Positions 1 through 8,999 of a DNA stretch of 64,000 nt are shown piece by piece; position 1 is the first letter of the stretch, and each line of letters starts with the position of its first letter. The notes beneath the pieces were generated by a model. It did no database searches. It was not told the origin of the DNA and saw only the letters and a list, made by a program, of their open reading frames with translations. A program made the position numbers and the translations under genes. The stretch spans positions 22,350-86,349 of the forward strand of contig CAYTCI010000003.1 in NCBI GenBank assembly GCA_964436305.1, in the 5' to 3' direction. Source of the DNA: an uncultured Cytophagia bacterium. Its GTDB lineage: Bacteria > Zhuqueibacterota > Zhuqueibacteria > Residuimicrobiales > Residuimicrobiaceae.

Positions 1-297
1 GATGCCGCGGTCGATATCGAAAAAGTTCTTAATGCCCTGCTCGGCCACAAAGGTACGGATATCCTTGTGGTTCTGGGCGAATTTCTCATTGGCCGCCGGC
101 ACACAATGGTCCAGCACGATGACATGCCGGTCGGGATTATCCATTTTAGCCACGCCGATCTCTCTGAAGGTTTTGGAGATCGCCGCAGTGTTGTCATGAC
201 TCATGGCAATATCGGGTTTGACCTCGACGATCTCGCCGGGGATGACGCTCTTGCCCGCTTTTTGTCCGAGAATCTTTTCTGCGAAGGTTTTTCCCAT
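1..297 (-). CDS. Aconitase-family dehydratase large subunit (LeuC/HacA type), first 99 codons; gene runs off the left edge
   Basis: Absent from the ORF track because it has no stop in the window. The reverse complement starts with ATG at 295-297 and reads MGKTFAEKILGQKAGKSVIPGEIVEVKPDIAMSHDNTAAISKTFREIGVAKMDNPDRHVIVLDHCVPAANEKFAQNHKDIRTFVAEQGIKNFFDIDRGI. This is a typical N-terminus of isopropylmalate/homoaconitate dehydratase large subunits. LeuC and HacA cannot be told apart on 99 aa. Confidence 0.7.
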   Translation of the reverse strand, partial: MGKTFAEKILGQKAGKSVIPGEIVEVKPDIAMSHDNTAAISKTFREIGVAKMDNPDRHVIVLDHCVPAANEKFAQNHKDIRTFVAEQGIKNFFDIDRGI

Positions 298-404
298 AGC
301 TCCTCAACGACTTCTGCCGGGTGCTGTTAAAGAAGTAATTACCGGTAAAGTAATCAAAAATGTGCATGAATACAAGCGTTATTCCTGCAGCAAGGGGGAA
401 GGAA

Positions 405-429
405 GGCCCCCGCTGCTGCAGCGGGGGCC
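405..429 (-). terminator. GC-rich hairpin downstream of the small lipoprotein gene (candidate terminator)
   Basis: Perfect inverted repeat GGCCCCCGCTG (405-415) / CAGCGGGGGCC (419-429) with a 3-nt loop, 44 nt past the stop at 473. There is no clear U-tract, so its function is uncertain. Confidence 0.4.
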
Positions 430-472
430 GGGGATGAAGCGAAGGAGAGGATGGACAGCCTGCGCGCCGGGG

Positions 473-946
473 TCAGTGCCGCGGTTGTCGGATTTGCACC
501 ACATTGGAAGAGTAGAGGGTCCGCGAGCGGCACCCCGCCTCGCTGATGGGCAAGCCCGATTTGCAGCCGCGATAGACCGGTGCGACAAAGCGAACCATCG
601 TGACCTCGACCTTGATCTGGACGGTTTCACGATAGACGCCGCCGGCGGGCACCTCGTGCTCATAGCCCTCCCAGTAGCAGAAGCGGAAGGGATAATCCAC
701 CCAGCCGGTATCCTTTTTGACGCTGTAATAGATCGGGTTGCAGCCCTCGAGAAAGATGGGCTCTTCGCTGCGGTTGTAGAGCGTGATGGTGATCGAATCG
801 CCCGGAGCGAGGGATTGCCGGTTGGTCACGATTTCGACGGCCGACTGGCCCTCCTCCGGATCGACGAGGCCATCGAAGAGATCGCAGTGCGCCAGAAGCA
901 GCAGCGAGAGGAGTCCGGCGATCACCAGAATGATTTTGTTTTTCAT
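473..946 (-). CDS. Small secreted lipoprotein, function unknown (157 aa, Cys-rich)
   Basis: ORF with N-terminal signal peptide MKNKIILVIAGLLSLLLLAHC (lipobox-like LLAHC). GGAAAGGA RBS lies upstream. Four further Cys residues. I recognise no family. Confidence 0.7.
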   Translation of the reverse strand: MKNKIILVIAGLLSLLLLAHCDLFDGLVDPEEGQSAVEIVTNRQSLAPGDSITITLYNRSEEPIFLEGCNPIYYSVKKDTGWVDYPFRFCYWEGYEHEVPAGGVYRETVQIKVEVTMVRFVAPVYRGCKSGLPISEAGCRSRTLYSSNVVQIRQPRH

Positions 947-959
947 GACCTTGTCCTTT

Positions 960-995
960 CCGGGAGCACTCGTTTAAAGAGCCGAGCGCTCCCGG
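960..995 (-). terminator. Imperfect hairpin between the T9SS cargo gene and the lipoprotein gene
   Basis: CCGGGAGCACTCG (960-972) pairs with CGAGCGCTCCCGG (983-995) with one mismatch and a 10-nt loop, 20 nt after the stop at 1015. No U-tract. Confidence 0.3.
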
Positions 996-1014
996 TCTGA
1001 AAGAATTCTTCCCG

Positions 1015-3768
1015 CTACTTCATGAGTACCATCTTGCCGGAGCGGATCCCGTCCGGTGTGGTGAGCCGGTAAAAGTAGAGGCCGCTGCTCATGGTTTCCC
1101 CGCGGTTGTTGCGGCCGTCCCAGAGCAGCCGGTGCTCGCCAGGGGTCAGGAGGCCCTGATAGAGCTGGCGCACCTGGCGGCCAAGGCGGTCGAAGACGGC
1201 CAGGGAGACCTGCATCGGCGCGGGCAGGGCAAAATGGATACTGGTCTCGGGATTGAAAGGATTGGGATAATTGCCGAGCAGTTCGATCTGATCGGGCAGG
1301 ATCCGCTCCTTGACACCGGTGCTCCGCGCCGGCGGCAGGGTGATGTTCACCTCAGTCATGCCATTAGCTGCGATCAGCGGCGCAGCGTTTTCCCGGTTGG
1401 TGGCATTGCCGTTAAAGGTCGTGGCATAGCCGGGCTTGCCGGCCTGGAGATAATAGGTGCCGTTGGCGATGCCCATGATCTCAAAACGGCCATTCTGGTC
1501 GGCGGTGGCCCAGGTAATCGGCTCGCCGGCGCTGTTCAGCAGGTAGACCGAAGCGCCGGCGACGCCCTGGCCGTTCTCATCGCTGACCGTGCCGGAGAGG
1601 GTGGTGTTCAGGGCGTTGCGGCCGGCGGCATCGCCCTCTTTCATGTAATACCAGGGATTGGCCTTGAGCGCAAAATCGATGCCGTCCATCACCTGGCCCG
1701 CTTCGGCCTTCACCAGTACCGCCTCGGCGGGGTCAAAGGTCTCCTTGTAGTATTGCAGCATATGGCCCGGGGCGAAACTGGAGAGATAGTACTCGCCATC
1801 GGGCAACCCCTTGAGGGTATAGCGGCCGTCAGGATTGCTGATGGCGGTATAAAACCGTTCGGAGTCGGGCCAAAGCTGAATGGTGACCGCGGGTTTGGCC
1901 ATGACGACAGCGATCTCGGGGATGGGTTCATCAAGGACGGCTTCGAGCCGGGCATTTCTGGCGCCGGCGGCACCGCGCATGGGCATAATACCATATTCCG
2001 CACGAACCTGGCCGGAGATCGCCGCGGTGCCGGGCTGGCTCAGGGTCAGGGCAAAGTTGGCCTCACTTTTGCGACCGCCAACCACTTCGATCGGGGTGGC
2101 CATCTCTTCCACGACCGCATCCGGATACCAGGCGAAGGCGCCATTGGCGTAGACCGAGAGTTTATAGCTCCCTTCGGGGAGGGATTCGAAGGCGAAAAAA
2201 CCCTGATCATCGCTGATCTGGTAATAGGGCCACCAGGCAAAACGGCGGACGGAAAGATCGGCGGCATCCTGCCGGTAATTGACCTGGACATAGGCGCGCG
2301 GGATGGGCAGGCCGGTTGCGGCATCGGTTATCGTACCGACAATGGCGCCATAGATCGGATGGACATAGAGCGTGAAATCAATATCAGAACGGTTTTCGCC
2401 CTCTTTCAGGGTGATGGGTGCGGCGGACGCCAGCGCAGCGGCTTCCTTGTACCATTCCTGGCCAAAGTTGTCGTTCTCCCAAAAGGAGGCATAGGCGATA
2501 TAGCGGCCCGGCGAGAGCCGGTCGACCTTGTAAAGGCCGCTGCTGTCGGTCGAGGCCCAGGCGTAAAAATAATGTCCGGTTGCCGCATCGATTTCATTCT
2601 CTGCCGCGGTGATCTGGATATAGGCATTGGCCAGGGCGCGACCCTCGCTGTTAACCACGCGGCCGCCGAGCGCGGCAGTGCCCGGCGTCAACGGCAGGGT
2701 GAAATCGGCCTGCCAGCCGGGGGCTTCCGCGGAGATTGTGATCGGCTGAGCGGCTTCCATGGTGGCAGCATCCGGCCACCACAACTGCATATACTCCCAC
2801 CCGCTCTGGGCCCAGCAGTAGGCGACATAGATCCCCTCCGGCACAGAGTCGATCTGGTAGGTGCCCTCGGCATCGGTGCTGGCGTAGAGCCAGATCCAGT
2901 TCCAGCGCGAGGTCTGGTCCGGTGCGGCCATGACCTGAATGCCGGCGTTGGCTATCGGCTGGCCAAGGGCGTCAACCACCTTGCCAGTGATCCGACCGCT
3001 CTTGGATGGCAGCGCAAAGTCAAAATTGATGCCGCCGGTTTCGTTCCCTTCGGTCACCGTGACCGTCCTGGCCTCTGTTTGGGAGGGGGCCTGTGGATAC
3101 CAGAGGGTTTGGCTGTACCAGGAACCCCAGTACTCGGCACGGATAAAATAGTCGTTTGCCGGCAGGTTCTCCATCCGATAGTTGCCATTCATATCGGTGG
3201 AAGCATAGCCGATATCCTGGTATTCGCTCTTGCCGGGATCGGGTGAGAAAAGGACCGAGGCGGCAACGCTGACGTACGGCAGGGGCAGACCGTCCGATCC
3301 GGTAACCTGGCCGCTGATCGTGCCCCCGTAGACCACGGTGCCCGGCTTGAGTTCAAAGGAGATGCCGCTGGTCACCTGGCCAGGGAGGACGGTCACCGGC
3401 GTGGCATCACTCCAGTCTGCAACCCCATTATAATACTGGGGCAGATAGCCCGGAGCCTCGGCGACGACATAATAGTCGCCGGGTGCGAGGCTGTCGATGC
3501 GGAAGGCGAAGAGGCTGTCGACCGCGGCGCGGCCTTTGCCCCACTCCATGATCACAGGATCATTGGTCCAGGCGGTGACGGCAGCGATGCCGATGAGACT
3601 GGAATCGATGCCGGCGACCCGGCCGCTGATGGATCCCCGGGCCTGGGTCAGGATGGGGGTGCCGCTCGCATCCTGGGCCGCCGGCTGCGACGATGCTCCC
3701 CAGAGCAGAAGGAGCGCACCGGCGAGGAGCATCAGCGTGAGGTATCGGGAGGAATGCAGGGTTCGCAT
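1015..3768 (-). CDS. Large secreted protein with about seven CarboxypepD_reg-like (prealbumin-fold) repeats and a T9SS-type C-terminal sorting domain
   Basis: Start reset from 3867 to ATG 3768 (GGAG RBS; signal peptide MRTLHSSRYLTLMLLAGALLLLWGASSQPAAQ). Units of the form G.ISG.V....G.P...A.V......TD..G.Y....L..G.Y recur about seven times. The C-terminus, LLGNYPNPFNPETSIHFALP...GLYFYRLTT...GKMVLMK, is the FlgD-Ig/T9SS CTD pattern. Confidence 0.85.
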   Translation of the reverse strand: MRTLHSSRYLTLMLLAGALLLLWGASSQPAAQDASGTPILTQARGSISGRVAGIDSSLIGIAAVTAWTNDPVIMEWGKGRAAVDSLFAFRIDSLAPGDYYVVAEAPGYLPQYYNGVADWSDATPVTVLPGQVTSGISFELKPGTVVYGGTISGQVTGSDGLPLPYVSVAASVLFSPDPGKSEYQDIGYASTDMNGNYRMENLPANDYFIRAEYWGSWYSQTLWYPQAPSQTEARTVTVTEGNETGGINFDFALPSKSGRITGKVVDALGQPIANAGIQVMAAPDQTSRWNWIWLYASTDAEGTYQIDSVPEGIYVAYCWAQSGWEYMQLWWPDAATMEAAQPITISAEAPGWQADFTLPLTPGTAALGGRVVNSEGRALANAYIQITAAENEIDAATGHYFYAWASTDSSGLYKVDRLSPGRYIAYASFWENDNFGQEWYKEAAALASAAPITLKEGENRSDIDFTLYVHPIYGAIVGTITDAATGLPIPRAYVQVNYRQDAADLSVRRFAWWPYYQISDDQGFFAFESLPEGSYKLSVYANGAFAWYPDAVVEEMATPIEVVGGRKSEANFALTLSQPGTAAISGQVRAEYGIMPMRGAAGARNARLEAVLDEPIPEIAVVMAKPAVTIQLWPDSERFYTAISNPDGRYTLKGLPDGEYYLSSFAPGHMLQYYKETFDPAEAVLVKAEAGQVMDGIDFALKANPWYYMKEGDAAGRNALNTTLSGTVSDENGQGVAGASVYLLNSAGEPITWATADQNGRFEIMGIANGTYYLQAGKPGYATTFNGNATNRENAAPLIAANGMTEVNITLPPARSTGVKERILPDQIELLGNYPNPFNPETSIHFALPAPMQVSLAVFDRLGRQVRQLYQGLLTPGEHRLLWDGRNNRGETMSSGLYFYRLTTPDGIRSGKMVLMK

Positions 3769-3857
3769 AAAGTCTCCTTGCAATCGAATAAATTCATGAG
3801 AAAGCATCTGCCCCTGAGCGGGACAGGCGTATGGAAAGAAAAGAACGTGCCGGCTGG

Positions 3858-5096
3858 TCACTTCCATTCCGGCTGGTAGATGCAGCCGGCAAAGAGGACG
3901 GTCCGGCTGTGATGGTCATGGATGACGAGCAAAAAAGGCCGGTCGAAGCGCAGGGAAAAGCCCGCGGGCTCGCCGATGGAGGTGGTGCCCACACCGACAA
4001 CGGTCACGGCCGCCGCCTCGGTGCCCTCCTCATCAACCTGAACGAATGAGCAGTGTTTCACCTCACTAATAAACAACGTGGTGGCGAGGCTGATTCCGCT
4101 GAAATCCGCCTGACGATCGTCAAACGCGATCGCCATACCCAGTGCCTTGAGGCTGTTGTTGAGCAGCCGATCGCCGGCCAGCTTGAATTTGGGGAGATAC
4201 ACGGTGCCCTTTTGTTTGATGAAGCGGGCGTGCCATCGCTCCCAGGTGGCGGCATCCAGCTTGCCGGTGAGTTCGGCCAGGCTGGTTTTCGGCAGGAAGA
4301 GTGCCATGGCGAAATGGCCCTCGCCATATTCCAGGTCGACCGCCTGGACCGCCTCATCCTCAAAATAGGCCAGGGTTGCGGTTTGCTGCATCATCTGGCA
4401 GGGGATTTCGCGGCCATCGGCCAGGGTGAAGGGCTCCTGATGGGTTTCGCGGGGCGTGAAGCCGGCGCTCCAGCTCCCCTTGAAGTAAAGGGCATTGAGG
4501 AGCAGCAGCATGGTCTGGGGATCGATGGCTTCGATGATGCGCGGGATGCGGCCGTGGGTGTGGGTACTGGCCCAGGCGTTGATCTGATCCGGAGCCTGCG
4601 AGGTGTTAAAATCCAGCGGCTGGACACTGGCGGCATAATACTGGCGGTTACGGGTGATGAAATCGTTCTCGACGGGCAATCCCTGGCGATACCAGATCGA
4701 ATTGGCGATCTGGAAGGTGACCGCCCAATCCAGCTGGGTCAGGACCCCGCTGAGTCCGGCGAGGGCGGTATTGAGCTCCTCCCGGGTGTAGTCGGGGAAG
4801 CCAAGGGTGGTACGCATGGCGGTTTCGGTCTCACCGCCGGCGCCATTGTAGGCCATCGCGAGGGCGAGGGTGACGCTGAGGGGGGAGATGAAGGTGTTCT
4901 CTGTGCCGGCCTCGGCAGCGATCGTCTGCAGCAGGCGCCAGCCAAAGTCATTGCTGCTGCGGGCGAGCCGGGCCTCCTGCGCCGAGAGCGGCCGGGCCGG
5001 CGGATTCTCGCGCGGAGCGACCGGGGTAAAATCACGGGAACAGCCCCACAGCAGGAAGAAGAGGCTGCCGTAAAAGAGGAATACACTTCGACGCAT
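3858..5096 (-). CDS. Serpin (serine protease inhibitor), predicted lipoprotein
   Basis: 412 aa. Lipobox FFLLWGC. Serpin hallmarks are present: NALYFKGSW, LPKFKL, hinge and reactive-centre loop VDEEGTEAAAVTVVGVGTTSIGEPAGF, then FDRPFLLVI. Confidence 0.9.
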   Translation of the reverse strand: MRRSVFLFYGSLFFLLWGCSRDFTPVAPRENPPARPLSAQEARLARSSNDFGWRLLQTIAAEAGTENTFISPLSVTLALAMAYNGAGGETETAMRTTLGFPDYTREELNTALAGLSGVLTQLDWAVTFQIANSIWYRQGLPVENDFITRNRQYYAASVQPLDFNTSQAPDQINAWASTHTHGRIPRIIEAIDPQTMLLLLNALYFKGSWSAGFTPRETHQEPFTLADGREIPCQMMQQTATLAYFEDEAVQAVDLEYGEGHFAMALFLPKTSLAELTGKLDAATWERWHARFIKQKGTVYLPKFKLAGDRLLNNSLKALGMAIAFDDRQADFSGISLATTLFISEVKHCSFVQVDEEGTEAAAVTVVGVGTTSIGEPAGFSLRFDRPFLLVIHDHHSRTVLFAGCIYQPEWK

Positions 5097-5415
5097 GACG
5101 GGGTCTCCTTGGGTCGGGTGCAGGGGATTGGCAGGCCGTTATCCCTCGGCTTGCGGCTGGTGAAGTGCAAATGATGTGCCACAAGTGCTGAAACCTGGAT
5201 GTATGTCCGGGGTATTGGTTTGTTCAAGTGCAATAGAATCAAGGCTGATTTTGGCTGCTCTGCCATGCCTGCGCGCCTGGCCGGTCCGGCTCTCAGAAAT
5301 CTGAGGATCATAGTCAGTTTTTTAGCCTGGCGGCGCAGCGGCATGGATAATCTCCTTGCAAAAGAGGTCAGATTTGAGTATTATGAAAAATATGTACCGG
5401 GGAATAGAGGAGAGG

Positions 5416-6282
5416 ATGCGCATGCGAATTTGGCCGTTTTTGCTCCTGGCGCTTTCTTGCGCGCAGGCAGGCGATACGCTCTATTATGCCATGCCGCCAG
5501 CGGCGATCGATCTGGATATCCGCCGCGTGGCGGGAAGCAACTGGTCCCATGCTGAAAAAATGGTCTACTACTCGGAGCGCTTTCTTGGTGCGCCCTATCT
5601 GCTCGTCTGCGAAGGTGAGGGCGAGAACGGCCGCTATGAAACCGAGCCCCTGATGAATCTGCGGCAGATCAACTGCATGACCTATTGCGAAATCGTCATG
5701 GCCCTGGCTCTTTCGCGTAATTACGAAGAGATGTTCAATATCCTGCAGCATATCCGCTACCGGGATGGCTATATCAGCATGGCGACGCGCAACCACTACA
5801 CCATGGTGGACTGGCTGCCGGAGAATCGCTGGTGTCTGGACGAGGTGACCCGCCAGGTGGGCGGCGGCGACGAAGTCGAGTCGACCCGGACGATCCGTCA
5901 TGGCGAGTTCTTCCGGCGCAAGGGCATCACCGACCTGCCGGCCGTGCTGCCGGACCGGACGGTGACCCTCCCCTATATCCCGCTCGCCCGGCTGGCAGCG
6001 CATGAAGCGGCCTTGCAGAGCGGCGATGTCGTCGCCCTGATCCAGGACAAACCCGCTATCTTTTCGGCGCATATGCTGTTGATCGTCAAGCGGGGGGGAA
6101 AGACCTGGTTCCGGCATGCCAGCATGAGTGCGGGCAAGGTCGTCGACGAGCCCTTTGCCGAGTATATCGCCGGGATCAGCAAGCGGCCCCTCTATCAGGG
6201 CATGAGTTTTATGCGCATCAGGGAGCGTATCGATTGGGCATTGCCCGCCGCCACGCGCGGGAAGAATCCGCTGGAACCGTAA
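5416..6282 (+). CDS. DUF1460-family (N-acetylmuramoyl-L-alanine amidase-like / NlpC-P60-fold) lipoprotein
   Basis: Start placed at ATG 5416 after GGAGAGG. Signal and lipobox MRMRIWPFLLLALSC. The motif INCMTYCE resembles the conserved fDCvtfvE Cys motif of DUF1460. Family call is from memory of the motif. Confidence 0.6.
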   Translation: MRMRIWPFLLLALSCAQAGDTLYYAMPPAAIDLDIRRVAGSNWSHAEKMVYYSERFLGAPYLLVCEGEGENGRYETEPLMNLRQINCMTYCEIVMALALSRNYEEMFNILQHIRYRDGYISMATRNHYTMVDWLPENRWCLDEVTRQVGGGDEVESTRTIRHGEFFRRKGITDLPAVLPDRTVTLPYIPLARLAAHEAALQSGDVVALIQDKPAIFSAHMLLIVKRGGKTWFRHASMSAGKVVDEPFAEYIAGISKRPLYQGMSFMRIRERIDWALPAATRGKNPLEP

Positions 6283-6303
6283 TAGCATCGACCGGGAGGC
6301 ATC

Positions 6304-7314
6304 ATGGGTGGGGTTTGGGAGCACAGCAAGATTGTTTTATGGATGGTGGCCGGCACTCTGATCCTCGGGGGGTCCGGCTGCGGCGGCGAGCAGCTCTCGC
6401 GAACGGCGCAGTCAGCAATTGCGGGCTGGCACCTGTCCGAGGCGACCGTCTTTGTCGAGGGCAAGCCGGCCAATGCCTCGGTGGCGGCGCTGCTCAAGGC
6501 CCTGGCCTCTCCGAGCGGCAAGGGAACAGCGGTGAGTGAACAGGAGTTTCGCGAGCAGCTGGGCCAGCTCGCCCCGGATGTCTATGCCGCGAGTGTGATC
6601 AAGTATGCAACGCCGCAAAGCGTGGCAATCCAGAACCGGGAGCATGCGGACTATCGCAAGATTTTTATGAAGCCGCGCCGGATCAAAGCCGGCGTCGAGT
6701 TTCTCAACGAGCAGCGGCTGGTGCTGGACAAGGCGGCTGCCGAGTTCGGGGTGGCGCAAAAGGATATGGCGGCCATCCTGATGTGGGAATCGGGCCTGGG
6801 CGAGTTTGTCGGCAACCATTTCGTCTATAATGTGCTGCTGGGACAGATCCTCTATCTGGATCAGGCGCGCGATCTGGCGGTCCGCGATCTGATCAGCCGT
6901 GGCCAGGCGGACTCTTCGCTGCTGCGGATCAGCGAGACGGAAGGGCGTCGTCTGGAGCGGTTGAAACGAAGCGCTGTATTCAATCTCGCGGCCCTGCTGC
7001 GCGTGAGCAAGGAGAAAGGGGTTGACCCGACGCGGCAGCGGGGATCCTGGGGCGGCGCGATCGGCTATGTCCAGTTCATGCCGAGCTCGATGCAATTCGC
7101 CCAGGACGGCGATGGTGACGGCCTGATCGATCTGTGCACCTGGCCGGATGCGATCTTTTCGGTGGCCAATTTTCTCCACGAGAACGGTTATGGCCCCAAC
7201 GAAAAAGCGCGGCGGCGCGCCCTGCGGGCCTATAACCCCCTCGATTCGTATGTTGAAGGTGTCATCGAGTACGCCGAGGCGATCGCCCAAAAACAGCAGT
7301 CATCCATCGAATAG
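6304..7314 (+). CDS. mltB: Lytic murein transglycosylase, MltB/SLT_2 family, lipoprotein
   Basis: Lipobox LILGGSGC. Motifs MWESGLGEF and SWGGAIGYVQFMPSS...DGDGDGLIDL...DAIFSVANFL are typical of membrane-bound lytic transglycosylase B-type enzymes. Confidence 0.8.
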   Translation: MGGVWEHSKIVLWMVAGTLILGGSGCGGEQLSRTAQSAIAGWHLSEATVFVEGKPANASVAALLKALASPSGKGTAVSEQEFREQLGQLAPDVYAASVIKYATPQSVAIQNREHADYRKIFMKPRRIKAGVEFLNEQRLVLDKAAAEFGVAQKDMAAILMWESGLGEFVGNHFVYNVLLGQILYLDQARDLAVRDLISRGQADSSLLRISETEGRRLERLKRSAVFNLAALLRVSKEKGVDPTRQRGSWGGAIGYVQFMPSSMQFAQDGDGDGLIDLCTWPDAIFSVANFLHENGYGPNEKARRRALRAYNPLDSYVEGVIEYAEAIAQKQQSSIE

Positions 7315-7334
7315 CCGGAGTAGAAGATCAGAGC

Positions 7335-8066
7335 ATGCCCGCCGGAAGCCATTACACCCGTTTCAAATTTGAGGGTCCCTTTATCAGGGGGTATGATGCC
7401 TTCAACCATATCGCCACCCTCGGTCTGGATCTGCACTGGCGCCGCAAGAGTGCCGCGGCGGTCGCCCGGGCGATGCAGGGCGCAGCGGCGGATGAGGTGC
7501 TCGATCTGGCCTGCGGTACCGGGGACATGGCGTGCGCCATCGCCCGGGTCGTGCCGGGGTCGCTGGTGATCGGCTCCGATCCCTCGCAAACCATGCTCCT
7601 GGCAGGCCGCGATAAGCTTGCACCCTGGAATGGTCGCATCGCCATGGTGCGCGCCGTCGGCCGGTTGCCCTTTGCCGATGCCCGCTTTGCTGCGATCACC
7701 TGCGCGTTCGGTGTGCGCAATTTCATTTATCTGGAAAAGGAGATGGGGGAAGCCCTGCGCCTGCTGCAGCCTGGCGGCTGGCTGCATGTACTCGAGTTTT
7801 TTCTGCCGGGGAACTGGCTGACCCGGGCGGTGCTCAAGAGCTACAACGCCCTGGTTTTCCCCTTCCTTGGCTTTTTACTGACGGGCCGGATACGACCTTA
7901 CCGGTATCTCTTCAACTCCATCTTTACCTTCCGCAGCGTGCCCGATTTCACCGCACTGTTGCTGCGCACCGGCTTTGGCGAGGTTCGGGTCCGGCGCTTC
8001 TTTTTTGGCATGGTCCATCTCGTCAGCGCGAACAAACCGGCATCCGGCCGCTCCTCCTCCGACTAA
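7335..8066 (+). CDS. ubiE: Demethylmenaquinone/ubiquinone C-methyltransferase (UbiE/MenG family)
   Basis: YDAFNHIATLGLDLHWRR matches the UbiE signature (YD.mNd..S.G.hr.WR). SAM motif VLDLACGTGDMA. Sits directly upstream of menA. Confidence 0.8.
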   Translation: MPAGSHYTRFKFEGPFIRGYDAFNHIATLGLDLHWRRKSAAAVARAMQGAAADEVLDLACGTGDMACAIARVVPGSLVIGSDPSQTMLLAGRDKLAPWNGRIAMVRAVGRLPFADARFAAITCAFGVRNFIYLEKEMGEALRLLQPGGWLHVLEFFLPGNWLTRAVLKSYNALVFPFLGFLLTGRIRPYRYLFNSIFTFRSVPDFTALLLRTGFGEVRVRRFFFGMVHLVSANKPASGRSSSD

Positions 8067-8080
8067 CTCAGGACTATTTA

Positions 8081-8992
8081 ATGGCGACGATCAAAACCTA
8101 TTTTCTGGCGACACGGCCCTGGTCCTATACGGTCAGCGTCCTGCCGCCCTTCTTCGGACTGCTCACTGCTCTCAGCACCGTCCCCGGTCTGGTGGTCAAC
8201 TGGTTTCATTTTGCCCTGACCGTTCTGGGCTGTGTCATCGTCCATTCCGGTACCAACACCCTGTCGGATTATTTTGATTATAAGCGGCAGGTCGATCGCG
8301 AAGGGACCTATGGTTCGAGCGGCATGCTGGTGTCGAAAAAGATGACTCCAGTGGAGATGCTGCGTTGGGCCCTCATCCTCTTCGCTGTGGCCGGGCTGAT
8401 CGGCCTGTACCTGGTCCTGCACGCCCCCCATCCGGCGCCGCTGCTCTGGCTGATCGCGGTCGGATTCGTCCTCGGATTCTTTTACACGATGGCGCCCTTC
8501 AATTTCAAGTATCACGCCCTGGGCGATATCGGCGTTTTTCTCTCTTTCGGATTGCTGATACCCCTGGGCGCCTATGCGGTCCAGACCGGATACACCGCGT
8601 GGTTGCCGGTGCTCTATGGCCTGCCGGCGGCTTTGCTGGTGGACGCCATCCTGCACAGCAATAACTTGCGCGACATTCCCTTCGATTCCGTCGTTCATAT
8701 CAAGACCGTGCCCATCCTCATCGGCGAGCACGCGGCGCAATGGATGTATTATCTCCTGGTGCTGGGCTCCTTTCTGACAGTGGCCGTCCTGATCCTCTTC
8801 GCCGGCTTGACCCCCTGGGCCCTGCTCACCTTTCTCTCGCTGCCGGTTGCGCTGCGGAACATCCGCCAGGTCCATGCCAAGCCGACGATGCCGATCGAAC
8901 AGTTCGCCGGCATCGATGCCGCCACGGCGCAGCATCACATGATGTTCAGTCTGCTCTTCATCGCAGCCCTGACCATCGGGATCCTCTTTTAG
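8081..8992 (+). CDS. menA: 1,4-dihydroxy-2-naphthoate polyprenyltransferase (UbiA superfamily)
   Basis: Polytopic membrane protein. Motifs NTLSDYFDYKRQVD, KYHALGDIGVFLSFG and NNLRDIPFD...TVPILIG match MenA-type prenyltransferases. Confidence 0.8.
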   Translation: MATIKTYFLATRPWSYTVSVLPPFFGLLTALSTVPGLVVNWFHFALTVLGCVIVHSGTNTLSDYFDYKRQVDREGTYGSSGMLVSKKMTPVEMLRWALILFAVAGLIGLYLVLHAPHPAPLLWLIAVGFVLGFFYTMAPFNFKYHALGDIGVFLSFGLLIPLGAYAVQTGYTAWLPVLYGLPAALLVDAILHSNNLRDIPFDSVVHIKTVPILIGEHAAQWMYYLLVLGSFLTVAVLILFAGLTPWALLTFLSLPVALRNIRQVHAKPTMPIEQFAGIDAATAQHHMMFSLLFIAALTIGILF

Positions 8993-8999
8993 AGGAGGG

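Noticed and set aside
2-1000. Plus-strand ORFs 2-199, 67-330 and 203-1000
   Set aside because: The opposite strand encodes a clear aconitase-family N-terminus (1-297) and a signal-peptide lipoprotein (473-946). The plus-strand products have no motifs.
1132-3246. 704-aa plus-strand ORF
   Set aside because: It is antisense to the CarboxypepD_reg-repeat cargo gene. Its composition (G/A/R/I/D runs) and lack of motifs indicate a shadow ORF.
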